Source: a virus
DNA length: 64,000 nucleotides
Reading direction: 5' to 3' (one strand)
IMG/VR virus record: IMGVR_UViG_3300044941_000276
Coordinates: 41,642-105,641 of that record
In this document: one piece after another, positions 1 to 8,500 of the stretch
Layout of the letters: every line of letters starts with the position of its first letter
Numbering within the stretch: the first letter of the stretch is position 1
Program-made: the position numbers and the translations under genes
The notes under the pieces: generated by a model
The model's input: only the letters and a program-made list of their open reading frames with translations
What the model was told of the DNA's origin: nothing
The model's database searches: none

Positions 1-21
1 ATACTGTAATTTTAAAGTCTC

Positions 22-381
22 TCATCGTTTTAACAAACAAACTCCGTTAATATCACATTGATTATCTGACAAATTATCTATAACAAACTTAGTCAATTTT
101 CCAAGTTGCAATAGTACCATAGGACATTTACAATCATTATACTCATCAACTAAGCGATTTATTTCTTTTGCGTAGTTATCCCTGATAATAATTTCACCTA
201 CTTCTATTTCAGCAATTTTAAGTTGATTATCGTATCGAGTTGTTTCTATTGGTACTAAAGGGATACCTTTGTCACCAATGTTATTCCTTTCTCTATGCAA
301 TACACCTGCAGTAATTATACCGCCAATCTCATATTTTCGTTTCAGTGTACTAGTAATATTTTTAAATACCAATCCCCCCAT
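22..381 (-). CDS. crAss-like virion cargo-type protein (GG...LH...KGIP...AEIE..E domain)
   Basis: YEIGGII.AGVLH...KGIPLV...IAEIEVGEII resembles a domain I recall from crAss-like virion proteins; lies in the cargo block. Confidence 0.5.
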   Translation of the reverse strand: MGGLVFKNITSTLKRKYEIGGIITAGVLHRERNNIGDKGIPLVPIETTRYDNQLKIAEIEVGEIIIRDNYAKEINRLVDEYNDCKCPMVLLQLGKLTKFVIDNLSDNQCDINGVCLLKR

Positions 382-403
382 TGCGAACTATAATGATTTT
401 TTA

Positions 404-411
404 TAAATTTG
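404..411 (+). promoter_or_regulatory. Bacteroidota sigma70-type -7 element TAnnTTTG (TAAATTTG)
   Basis: Exact consensus 28 nt upstream of ATG 439 of the two plus-strand genes. Confidence 0.55.
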
Positions 412-438
412 TATGTAATAATTAATCGACACAAATAT

Positions 439-684
439 ATGAAAACTTTAATTTTAACAACTATATTATTTATTTCTTCTTCAGTTATAGAATTATATTA
501 TAACGCTATTAATGTTTATCGTCTTTTAAATGATCAGAATGAACTATACTATGCTGAAAACATGGATACAAAAGGTATTGAGCCAATAGTAGCAGAAGAA
601 TTTGACATTGATGATCGCTATTTAAAAGATGCCGATAGCGTAAAGATAGTTTATGATTCTGTGTTTTATGTTTATTTGAAGTAA
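439..684 (+). CDS. hypothetical protein with N-terminal hydrophobic/signal segment
   Basis: ATG at 439 (MKTLILTTILFISSSVIEL); opposite strand to neighbours. Confidence 0.6.
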   Translation: MKTLILTTILFISSSVIELYYNAINVYRLLNDQNELYYAENMDTKGIEPIVAEEFDIDDRYLKDADSVKIVYDSVFYVYLK

Positions 685-685
685 T

Positions 686-1033
686 ATGAAAAAAATACTT
701 ATAGTTTTTGGATTCTTAATCTTTGCTTTGAAAGGTGTTGCGCAAACTTCTTTACCTGTAGAAGACTTAAAAAACACTTTATCTAAGTATGCAAAAGTAG
801 AATATAGCTATTCAGAAGACGACTTCTTTTCAGTAGATGAAAACAATTCTTATTTTTATAGTTTAAAGTTTCATTTAAACAGCCAAAAAGAAGTATATGA
901 ACAATATAAAAATAAGTTAGTGGAAATGACAAAACAATACAAAAAAATAAAAATCTACAACAGCAATAAAACACTAGTTGAACATAAATCAGAACCTTAT
1001 TACAGTTGGACACATTTTATGTTTTATAATTAA
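686..1033 (+). CDS. hypothetical secreted protein
   Basis: Signal peptide MKKILIVFGFLIFALKGVA-Q, Bacteroidota style with Q at +1. Confidence 0.7.
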   Translation: MKKILIVFGFLIFALKGVAQTSLPVEDLKNTLSKYAKVEYSYSEDDFFSVDENNSYFYSLKFHLNSQKEVYEQYKNKLVEMTKQYKKIKIYNSNKTLVEHKSEPYYSWTHFMFYN

Positions 1034-1058
1034 CTTCTCATCTTATAAATTATAAATA

Positions 1059-1095
1059 AAAAAATAAGCCTCTACTTGATAGAGGCTTATTTTTT
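1059..1095. terminator. bidirectional rho-independent terminator
   Basis: AAAAAATAAGCCTCTA-CTTGA-TAGAGGCTTATTTTTT between convergent genes. Confidence 0.85.
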
Positions 1096-2080
1096 ATTTA
1101 CCGTAGTTTTTTCCTGGTTGTATTTGCCCTTTGTTTACTTTTCTAAAATTATTTCCTGGACCTATACCTTCTTTTGTTTTTCCTTCCATTTCAGCAGAAT
1201 AAGGCGCTAATCGTTCGCTATTCAAAGTTTCATCAAATTCTGGAAGCCTAATTAGTTTACCAGTTTCTTCATCTTTGTAATATGCTTCTTTTACACCAGG
1301 ATAATTCTCAACACCCATGTAAGATCTACCTTTCCAAGTTAGTGGAATTCTGCGACTACCAGAATTTTTAATTACGAAATAGTTAGGTTTATATTGTTCA
1401 GTAGGTGGAGGTGGGGGCGGAGGCGGAACAATTTTTGGTTGTTGGTTAACTACTCCAAGATCATATTCCATATCTGAAGTTAAATTGTCAAAACCTCTGA
1501 AACTGCGATTTTTTTCTTTTGCTTTTTTTGCAAGATAGTTATTAAGTTCATCGCGATACGCTGTTATTGCACCGTTTTCTTTTAAATCAAACGTAATGCC
1601 AGTGACATCATCTTTATATTTTGGAGTTATTTTACCTTGTTGACCAAGCTCTCTTGCTCTTTCAATAGCAATTGCTTGTATCAATAGCTGAGCTTCATAC
1701 GGTTTAATTCTACCAGCATCGAGAAGATCTATTATCTGCTGTTGACTATTTACTTCTGGAAACCTTGATCTAATTGTAGCTAAAGCTTGATTGTTTTTAT
1801 TTACTTGCGCTTGAGTTTGAGCGCGTCCACGACGAACATAGTTGCTTTTTTTACCAACTATATCAACGGTATTAAGATTAAAGTTAACATCGTTTGTTGT
1901 TTGAGAACCAGTGTTTTGATTTTTTGGAACAGTACTTCCTCCTTGTTGATACATCATCGGGTTCATACCTCCATTTCTAAATGATGGAAGTACACCGCCA
2001 ACTTGAAAACTATATCCCAAAGCAGTTGGAGATTTTAGTATATCTATAGCGGGTCTCGGAATCAATCTTTTCTTTCTCAT
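1094..2080 (-). CDS. probable virion cargo protein (LIPR and [FY]xxGG motifs, poly-Pro linker)
   Basis: MRKKRLIPR..SFQVGG..FRNGG..YQQGG; poly-Pro run. Confidence 0.6.
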   Translation of the reverse strand: MRKKRLIPRPAIDILKSPTALGYSFQVGGVLPSFRNGGMNPMMYQQGGSTVPKNQNTGSQTTNDVNFNLNTVDIVGKKSNYVRRGRAQTQAQVNKNNQALATIRSRFPEVNSQQQIIDLLDAGRIKPYEAQLLIQAIAIERARELGQQGKITPKYKDDVTGITFDLKENGAITAYRDELNNYLAKKAKEKNRSFRGFDNLTSDMEYDLGVVNQQPKIVPPPPPPPPTEQYKPNYFVIKNSGSRRIPLTWKGRSYMGVENYPGVKEAYYKDEETGKLIRLPEFDETLNSERLAPYSAEMEGKTKEGIGPGNNFRKVNKGQIQPGKNYGK

Positions 2081-2256
2081 TTTCTACTTAATATTTGTAC
2101 GTACAAATTTTTATTGTTAGCTAATGTATTTAGTTTTATTTTTAAAAAAAATTCTTTTTAAATAAATATTGTATAATTATAATAATCGCGCGCTATTCTT
2201 ATATATTAATCGTCGTAAAACAAAATAAAATTATTTTTTTGTTTTATTTAAAATAA

Positions 2257-2297
2257 AAATTAAAAGAGTTTCTATTATACAGAAACTCTTTTAATTT
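2257..2297 (-). terminator. rho-independent terminator
   Basis: 17-bp inverted repeat AAATTAAAAGAGTTTCT/AGAAACTCTTTTAATTT just downstream of the 2319 ORF. Confidence 0.75.
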
Positions 2298-2318
2298 ATT
2301 GATTGTAAAAAACTATTA

Positions 2319-2786
2319 TTATCTATCTTGTTTGAATTTACCACCAGAAGCAATACTTTTTAATTTAGCGTACTGAGCGTCTGTTAGTTGACTCATTCCT
2401 TGAGGATTTGCTCCAATTGACTCTAAGTAATCTACTATAGCCATAAAGTTTGGATGATTTGGACCTATTTCCATGTCTTGTGAATGACGGGTATTGTTAC
2501 CATAAAGATTATTATAAGTCATTTTTTTTCCTGCTATTATACTTCTAATGCCTCTAGATCCATTTTGGATATGTACATAATTTTGTTCAACTTCAGGTAC
2601 TCCAACTCCTTGTTTATTAGTCCAAATGGAAGGTTTTCCAGTCTCGCCACGATACCTCAAATCTTCTTGTTGTCTTTGGCTAGGAGACATCGGAAACATG
2701 CCTCCGTCTTGATAAAAAGAAAGTCCCAACGGGGTAAATTCTGAAAGAATAGATCTTTTTCTTCTAGGTATAAGTTGTTTTTTCAT
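2319..2786 (-). CDS. probable virion cargo protein; N-terminus paralogous to 1094..2080
   Basis: MKKQLIPR...TPLGLSFYQDGG. Confidence 0.6.
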   Translation of the reverse strand: MKKQLIPRRKRSILSEFTPLGLSFYQDGGMFPMSPSQRQQEDLRYRGETGKPSIWTNKQGVGVPEVEQNYVHIQNGSRGIRSIIAGKKMTYNNLYGNNTRHSQDMEIGPNHPNFMAIVDYLESIGANPQGMSQLTDAQYAKLKSIASGGKFKQDR

Positions 2787-2851
2787 AATTTTAAAATAAA
2801 TTGTTTAAACGTTTATTTAGTTGAATTAAATAATTATTTATTATAACATAA

Positions 2852-2859
2852 CAAATGTA
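2852..2859 (-). promoter_or_regulatory. TAnnTTTG -7 element (TACATTTG)
   Basis: Consensus match in the intergenic gap upstream of ATG 2786. Confidence 0.45.
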
Positions 2860-2975
2860 CATTAAAGTAATAATATTAGAAATAATAAGTGTAATCAGTA
2901 AAGAAAAAATATTTCATCGTATTTTATTTTAAAAATTAAACTTGTCATCTAATATTTTACATACTTCACTCACAT

Positions 2976-3350
2976 TTATTTTCCAATTGACGCTAAGTAA
3001 TTATAATAATCAATATCTTTTTCTTGCGAACCAAAAAATTGATTTATTACCGTTCTGTTTTCTGGATCATCTTTTGCATAAAATAAAGATTCTTGTTCAG
3101 CCAATGACTTTAAATGCTGATGTTCTGGTTTAAAATCTACAGACAAACACCAAACTTGTTGGTAATTATATAAACGATTATCGTTTAATTCAAACACTAA
3201 CTCGTTTATTTTAGTGGCGTTCCAAAAAGACAGATGTCCAATTTCATCTCTTGGTACAGAATTTAAAACTTCTATAAAAGTTGAAATCTTATCCAATCCA
3301 AATACATAAATAGTTGGTGCTCTTTCTATTTGTTCAATCTCTTCACTCAT
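2976..3350 (-). CDS. hypothetical protein (possible tail-fibre accessory/chaperone)
   Basis: ORF track; directly follows putative fibre genes. Confidence 0.5.
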   Translation of the reverse strand: MSEEIEQIERAPTIYVFGLDKISTFIEVLNSVPRDEIGHLSFWNATKINELVFELNDNRLYNYQQVWCLSVDFKPEHQHLKSLAEQESLFYAKDDPENRTVINQFFGSQEKDIDYYNYLASIGK

Positions 3351-3368
3351 ATCGTTTAACTTATAATA

Positions 3369-4217
3369 TTACAAAGAATAAAAATCTGCGTATGTAGTGC
3401 CTGCTGTGTCTGGCGTTGTGTTGTTATACGGTGTAACAGTTAATTGTCTTGTGCTTGGGCGACAAATGGGTGCTTGCCCGTTCACACGGTTGAAGTCTAT
3501 ACTGATAAGATTCTTTAAGTCTGATATAGCTACTTTACCAGCTTGGTGAGCAGCGTAAATTGTTCCATAATTATGAATAGCACGTAACTCTTCTGATGAA
3601 CATTCTTTTTCTAACAAAATTTCAAAACTGCGGATATATCCTAAAAACGCGTTTTGTGCTTCTCTTGGCACAGGCCCTAACCTGCGATTTGGATAAGCTC
3701 CAATAGCGGCAAAATTACTTGTTGTATTTCTTCTTACATTAAAATTGTATTGCTGTGTGTATCGTCTACCGTTGAAAGTATTATTTGGATTTTCTACAAT
3801 CGGATTTGAATTATATGCAACAGAAAAAATAGAACGTCTGTTTGATGTATTAATATTTACTCCCACTGATTTTCGCCCTGTTAATACAGTAGATGGATGT
3901 AAAGCTAATGAAATTTGCGAAAGGAGTTCAGTCCCAGCATAAAGAATGTATAAATTTACTCTTCCTTCCCCTGATACCCAATCGCTCAGCCCCTGATTAA
4001 ATATTACGTTGCCGCCATCATTAAAGCTAACTGGCTCCGTCCTTTGATTAAAAAATGCTACCGAAACTGTTAAAGGTATCTGCAAAAACGGCAAAGTATC
4101 TGCGCCGTCGCCAAGCAATATCCACCTGTTTACGTTAAACAACATTGCATTGCCCGCCAATGCGCTGCGGTGAAATTGGTTATCTCTATCGCCTAAAACT
4201 TTAACTAATCTACTCAT
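3369..4217 (-). CDS. putative tail/receptor-binding protein (beta-rich, lectin-like)
   Basis: Asn/Thr/Gly-rich; FLGYIRSFEIL..ELRAIHN resembles a LamG/concanavalin C-terminus. Confidence 0.4.
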   Translation of the reverse strand: MSRLVKVLGDRDNQFHRSALAGNAMLFNVNRWILLGDGADTLPFLQIPLTVSVAFFNQRTEPVSFNDGGNVIFNQGLSDWVSGEGRVNLYILYAGTELLSQISLALHPSTVLTGRKSVGVNINTSNRRSIFSVAYNSNPIVENPNNTFNGRRYTQQYNFNVRRNTTSNFAAIGAYPNRRLGPVPREAQNAFLGYIRSFEILLEKECSSEELRAIHNYGTIYAAHQAGKVAISDLKNLISIDFNRVNGQAPICRPSTRQLTVTPYNNTTPDTAGTTYADFYSL

Positions 4218-5065
4218 ATTTTATTTACAACAAACGTTCCTATTGCACTAGTATTACTTCCTGAATAATTAACCCAAACTTGAACAGCATATGGTTGATT
4301 TGCAGGTACAGCATTAATCGCTGAGTTCAAAGCTGCTAAAGTTGTCAAATCCCCAACTGTAAAATCATTTACATCGTTATTTATTATCAAATTATAAACA
4401 AACGTACTACCATTATTGCTTGTGGCTGATACAAATTGATATTTTGCAGAACCATCAAAATATAAAACAACATCTTGTGAAATACCTTGAAAGTTATATT
4501 GAAAATTAGCAGGAAGAAAAGTTGATGCGTAGTTTAAACAGATACCACAATCTGTTCCTTGTGTGTAATCTTGTACAGTGATTCTAAGAGAATAAGGTAA
4601 AGAAGTTGTACCAAGAGCAGATATAAGTTGAGCTTGGGTTAATTGAGGAATACCCGTCCAGTTAGTTATACCTAATCCTGATGCTAATTGATATTGAATA
4701 CCTACACAAGAATTGAAAACATTTACAAATGATGGATTGTTTAATCTAACGTTAGATTCAAATACTAATGATTTACTTTGTCCTCTAAAATGAAAAGAAA
4801 CCCACTGTTCTATGAATAATTCAGGTAATATATCAATAATTTCTTTAGGACAAGATTCTCCGTTGTTATCTACGATCAGCCGCACTCTGATAGTTATTTC
4901 ACCTGTAACTTCGTTATCTGGTATATTAGCAGATATTGTTAGAGTATTAACAGTTTCAGTAAGAGTACTTGATCTTACAACATTACCTACTAAAACCTCT
5001 GCGGTTTTAGTAAAAGGTAAACCTGAAGAATTAGTAAAAGTATATGTTTTATTTAATACTGGCAT
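4214..5065 (-). CDS. putative structural beta-sandwich protein
   Basis: Thr/Asn/Val-rich; N-terminus similar to 6361..6582. Confidence 0.5.
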   Translation of the reverse strand: MPVLNKTYTFTNSSGLPFTKTAEVLVGNVVRSSTLTETVNTLTISANIPDNEVTGEITIRVRLIVDNNGESCPKEIIDILPELFIEQWVSFHFRGQSKSLVFESNVRLNNPSFVNVFNSCVGIQYQLASGLGITNWTGIPQLTQAQLISALGTTSLPYSLRITVQDYTQGTDCGICLNYASTFLPANFQYNFQGISQDVVLYFDGSAKYQFVSATSNNGSTFVYNLIINNDVNDFTVGDLTTLAALNSAINAVPANQPYAVQVWVNYSGSNTSAIGTFVVNKI

Positions 5066-5068
5066 CTA

Positions 5069-6361
5069 CTATGTTATAGTTAATCTTGGAAAACTTAAAA
5101 ACGGATTTTCTCCATATATATAAGGATAACTCGACACCATATCAAATTGACCTCTTATGTTTGTACTATTATTAAATAAGACTAAGGGTCTAGTACCTTC
5201 TGGTAAACTTAAATTACATGATATTAGAATAGGTCTTGTGTTATATCCGCCTGTTATAAAAGGAGATATATATTGATTATCGTGTAGTGTATTATAAGTA
5301 TGAGAAAATCTATTACCATAATTAAACTCTACGTGATTTGTAGCTGAATTAAAATTGAAAGTTAAAAGGTCAGATAGTTCTAATATTATGCTACCACAAG
5401 AAAGATTAAAAGGTCCCTCAAATGGAAGAAATGAATCGGTATATACACAAGTAGTTCTTTTTTTAATCTTATACCAAGCTCTAAACTTTGTGAAACGACT
5501 GTCAGGTAACATAGATACATTTAATTTTAGACCCGCGTATGTCATACTACCTATTTGCACATTATACGTTACAAACGCATCAAAAGAAGCATCCATTTCT
5601 TCCCTTGTTAATTCAAAAAGGTATCCATAAAATCCACAAAATGCATCTTCTTCGTTATAATTATTAGGGTTTGTTGGTACTCCCACAAAACGAGGAGTAC
5701 AATCATACCAGTTACATCTACGGTGTCCATGCTCAAGATATAACCACCAAGATTTAGTTAGATTTGAATTAAAAAATGCTACTAATAAACCTCCGTCTAA
5801 TGGAGGCACTCTTAATGTATTAGTTAAATTATCACTGACTGCATCAGTTCTAAGTCTATAATTTTCATCTGTATATATAATGTTTGGAAATCTAGCAAGA
5901 TAACTTTCTGGATTAAATGCGCAATTAGGATAACCGTGAAAAAAAGCACCTTGCCCCCATCCTATATGTTTAATATTTACTATTAAATTTCTTCCATAAA
6001 AATATGAGGCGTTTTCGGGACGAGAAGCATTTCTAAGCATAGATGATTGTCTACTAGAGCCACTGGTTAGACTCATATAAGGAAAATTAAATCGATATAA
6101 CCCAGATTCTTCTGAATAATATTGATTCATATTAAGGCTATTGTTACTATATTGTGTGTAACAAACAGCTGGTAAACCTAAACCTTCAAAATTATCTTCG
6201 TCTGTGTATCTCCTATTATTATCACTAGGAACAAAAAGCGCACCGCCACCGGCTACACCTTGCATTCTTATTCTTTCACTTGGCGATGAGAAATTGATTC
6301 TATTACTCTCCGAATAACTGATATTATCAGTTATTGTTTTATTACATTCAATACAAGCCAT
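5069..6361 (-). CDS. putative structural/tail-associated protein
   Basis: Long ORF; ATG overlaps the upstream TGA (TGATG). Confidence 0.55.
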   Translation of the reverse strand: MACIECNKTITDNISYSESNRINFSSPSERIRMQGVAGGGALFVPSDNNRRYTDEDNFEGLGLPAVCYTQYSNNSLNMNQYYSEESGLYRFNFPYMSLTSGSSRQSSMLRNASRPENASYFYGRNLIVNIKHIGWGQGAFFHGYPNCAFNPESYLARFPNIIYTDENYRLRTDAVSDNLTNTLRVPPLDGGLLVAFFNSNLTKSWWLYLEHGHRRCNWYDCTPRFVGVPTNPNNYNEEDAFCGFYGYLFELTREEMDASFDAFVTYNVQIGSMTYAGLKLNVSMLPDSRFTKFRAWYKIKKRTTCVYTDSFLPFEGPFNLSCGSIILELSDLLTFNFNSATNHVEFNYGNRFSHTYNTLHDNQYISPFITGGYNTRPILISCNLSLPEGTRPLVLFNNSTNIRGQFDMVSSYPYIYGENPFLSFPRLTIT

Positions 6362-6582
6362 CAGGGACAATAATCTATACTGTTTATACTAATCTTTATT
6401 TGATAATCACCAACATTCCCAATAGGAAGTGAGCCGCTACTAACTGTTATTGTTGTTGGAGTAGTAGTTACAATCAAAGGTATAACTGTAGATCCTTGAA
6501 CAAAATCAGCTGATATTATATAATCAGACAATTTAGATGGATCAGATATATTGAGATTATATGTTTTATTTACAATTGGCAT
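6361..6582 (-). CDS. small structural protein, paralogous to the N-terminus of 4214..5065
   Basis: MPIVNKTYNL vs MPVLNKTYTF. Confidence 0.55.
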   Translation of the reverse strand: MPIVNKTYNLNISDPSKLSDYIISADFVQGSTVIPLIVTTTPTTITVSSGSLPIGNVGDYQIKISINSIDYCP

Positions 6583-6587
6583 AATTT

Positions 6588-7301
6588 TTACCATTTAACG
6601 CGATCAGACCAGAACGCAGCACTCATTTTACCCTTTGCTATATTTTTAGCATGACGTGCTTTAAACGCTTCTCTTCTTTTACGATAACTTTCTGATTCAC
6701 CCTCTTTTTTAGGTGAACCTTTTACACCTTGTTGACCAAATCTAATCAGTTTTTGTTTTCCTCCTTCACAAGCCAATACAACATGGGACTTGGTTTTATG
6801 ATCAGGGGTACGCTTTGGAGTATTGCATTTTAATGCTCCACCTTGTTTAAAATATCCAACTCTTTTTTTAAAGTTTTCAATATCAGTGGATATGTTTTCT
6901 CTTTTAAATTGAGCTATTACATCATCGGTAATATCTCTTCTATTCTTTTTATCTCTAATTTTTCTTATGATATTAACGATACCATCAACCATAGCTTTAT
7001 CTTGTTTGTTTACAGTACCGCCGCTTTTCATTTTAGAATACAGATTTTTTCCATATTGCTTCATTCCAGAAATGTCATCTACTGGTCTAAGATAACCTCG
7101 TACAGAAGATTTATTGTCGCGACGTAGTTTACCGTTCACTAACTTGTATCCGTCTAAGGTGTGATCTCTATTAGTCTTGGTTCTTACAAATTCCATAGGT
7201 CTATCGCCTTGATTTAAAGTTCCTCCCTTTTTTAAAATCGCAGCAATCCAATTGGAACCATTGCAAGATTTTTTATTTTTTTTATACCTGATGCCTGCCA
7301 T
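6588..7301 (-). CDS. basic multi-module virion protein with GG-separated segments
   Basis: LKKGG, MKSGG, YFKQGG; C-terminal KSHVV...IRFGQQG...RR.AFKARH...SAAFWS..KW module common in aquatic phages. Confidence 0.65.
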   Translation of the reverse strand: MAGIRYKKNKKSCNGSNWIAAILKKGGTLNQGDRPMEFVRTKTNRDHTLDGYKLVNGKLRRDNKSSVRGYLRPVDDISGMKQYGKNLYSKMKSGGTVNKQDKAMVDGIVNIIRKIRDKKNRRDITDDVIAQFKRENISTDIENFKKRVGYFKQGGALKCNTPKRTPDHKTKSHVVLACEGGKQKLIRFGQQGVKGSPKKEGESESYRKRREAFKARHAKNIAKGKMSAAFWSDRVKW

Positions 7302-8109
7302 ATATTAATCCTCCATACTCTTTCTTTTCTTTATCCCATTGATCTTCACTGCCCCAATTATACACAAAAAGATCGGGATCGATATAACTAGTTTTAACTA
7401 CTTGAGGTGTGTTATTTAGTTTTTTTGAAACCATAGTACACACATATTTTACTGATTCTTTGTATGTTTTCTTATCGGTAGGTGTCGGCAAAGACATAAG
7501 ATACCTATATCCGTAAACGTTAGCTCTAAATGTTCTAAAATCTTTAGATGAGAAATATGGAGACGTTTCATCTTTAATAAATTTAGTAAGAGTATAATCA
7601 TCTATATTAAAAACAGGATCATATCCCGATTGATAAATAGATATAACATATTGACTAAGCTCTTTATCAAGAACAAAATGATTATCTACATGCTTTTTGC
7701 CAATAAAATCAAACGATACAATACCATTGGGAGATATTTTTATGTGATTTCGCTCCATAGTAGTAAGACCATAAGTCTTAGCAAGAACTCTCTTACCTTT
7801 TTCTTTGTATTCGGAATAGAAACCCTCAGCGCTATCTTCATTTCCTATTCTGATACCAGTTTTTAATATAATCAATGTTGCTACTGCACAATTATATCTT
7901 ATTGATGTTGGGATTGATTTACTGCTATTAATAATATTTCTTAGTTTATTAACAATTTCGGTATATCTGCTAGCAATCATAGCAACCCTGTTAAATTTTA
8001 CATCGGTTGACCCATTTACATTCCCGTAAAAACCTACTTCTCGTCCATCTATTAAAAAACGATGACTATATTTAACATCTCCTCCCTTTTTAAATCCTAT
8101 CATTTCCAA
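7282..8109 (-). CDS. DNA topoisomerase IB (catalytic domain)
   Basis: Catalytic pentad motifs: GIRIGNE (R), FDFIGKK (K), SKDFRT (R), LNNT (N, bacterial type), KTSYI (Y); also YGLTT. Confidence 0.9.
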   Translation of the reverse strand: MEMIGFKKGGDVKYSHRFLIDGREVGFYGNVNGSTDVKFNRVAMIASRYTEIVNKLRNIINSSKSIPTSIRYNCAVATLIILKTGIRIGNEDSAEGFYSEYKEKGKRVLAKTYGLTTMERNHIKISPNGIVSFDFIGKKHVDNHFVLDKELSQYVISIYQSGYDPVFNIDDYTLTKFIKDETSPYFSSKDFRTFRANVYGYRYLMSLPTPTDKKTYKESVKYVCTMVSKKLNNTPQVVKTSYIDPDLFVYNWGSEDQWDKEKKEYGGLIYGRHQV

Positions 8110-8345
8110 TTAACGTTTTTACCCATCGACTTTTTTCTTTTAATTGCTTCAAGTTTATTATTATCAGGACAATCAGATAGAGTTGGTCGGCATAATCTTT
8201 TCTTTCCAGCTCTATCTCCACCACACGGACCTCGTGATATACAATCTACCCAACCTTTTCCGCCATTTCTACTAAACCATCCACGCAGTCCTTGCTCTCT
8301 TTCTTTATCAAAGATACCGCCTTTTTTAAACTTTAATCCCTTCAT
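8100..8345 (-). CDS. small basic Cys-containing phage protein (GL..WF...WVD...PCG...CRP; DUF5872-like)
   Basis: Motif recalled from aquatic phage proteins; N-terminal FKKGG. Confidence 0.6.
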   Translation of the reverse strand: MKGLKFKKGGIFDKEREQGLRGWFSRNGGKGWVDCISRGPCGGDRAGKKRLCRPTLSDCPDNNKLEAIKRKKSMGKNVNWK

Positions 8346-8500
8346 GACTTTTTCTTTCTACATTTAGACATGTACCCAGAACGATAAGCGCTGGTTTTTG
8401 GACCATATATCTCTACAGCTTTGCGATAACAATCATCCTTAGTACCAGAACCTTTATATCGAGGTATCGATTTGCTCTTTTTAAACTTTAATCCTCCCAT
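8342..8500 (-). CDS. 52-aa basic protein missing from the ORF track (KDDCYRKA...SAY.SGYMSKCRK)
   Basis: Manual translation MGGLKFKKSKSIPRYKGSGTKDDCYRKAVEIYGPKTSAYRSGYMSKCRKKKS*; fills the gap exactly, overlapping both neighbours. Confidence 0.75.
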   Translation of the reverse strand: MGGLKFKKSKSIPRYKGSGTKDDCYRKAVEIYGPKTSAYRSGYMSKCRKKKS

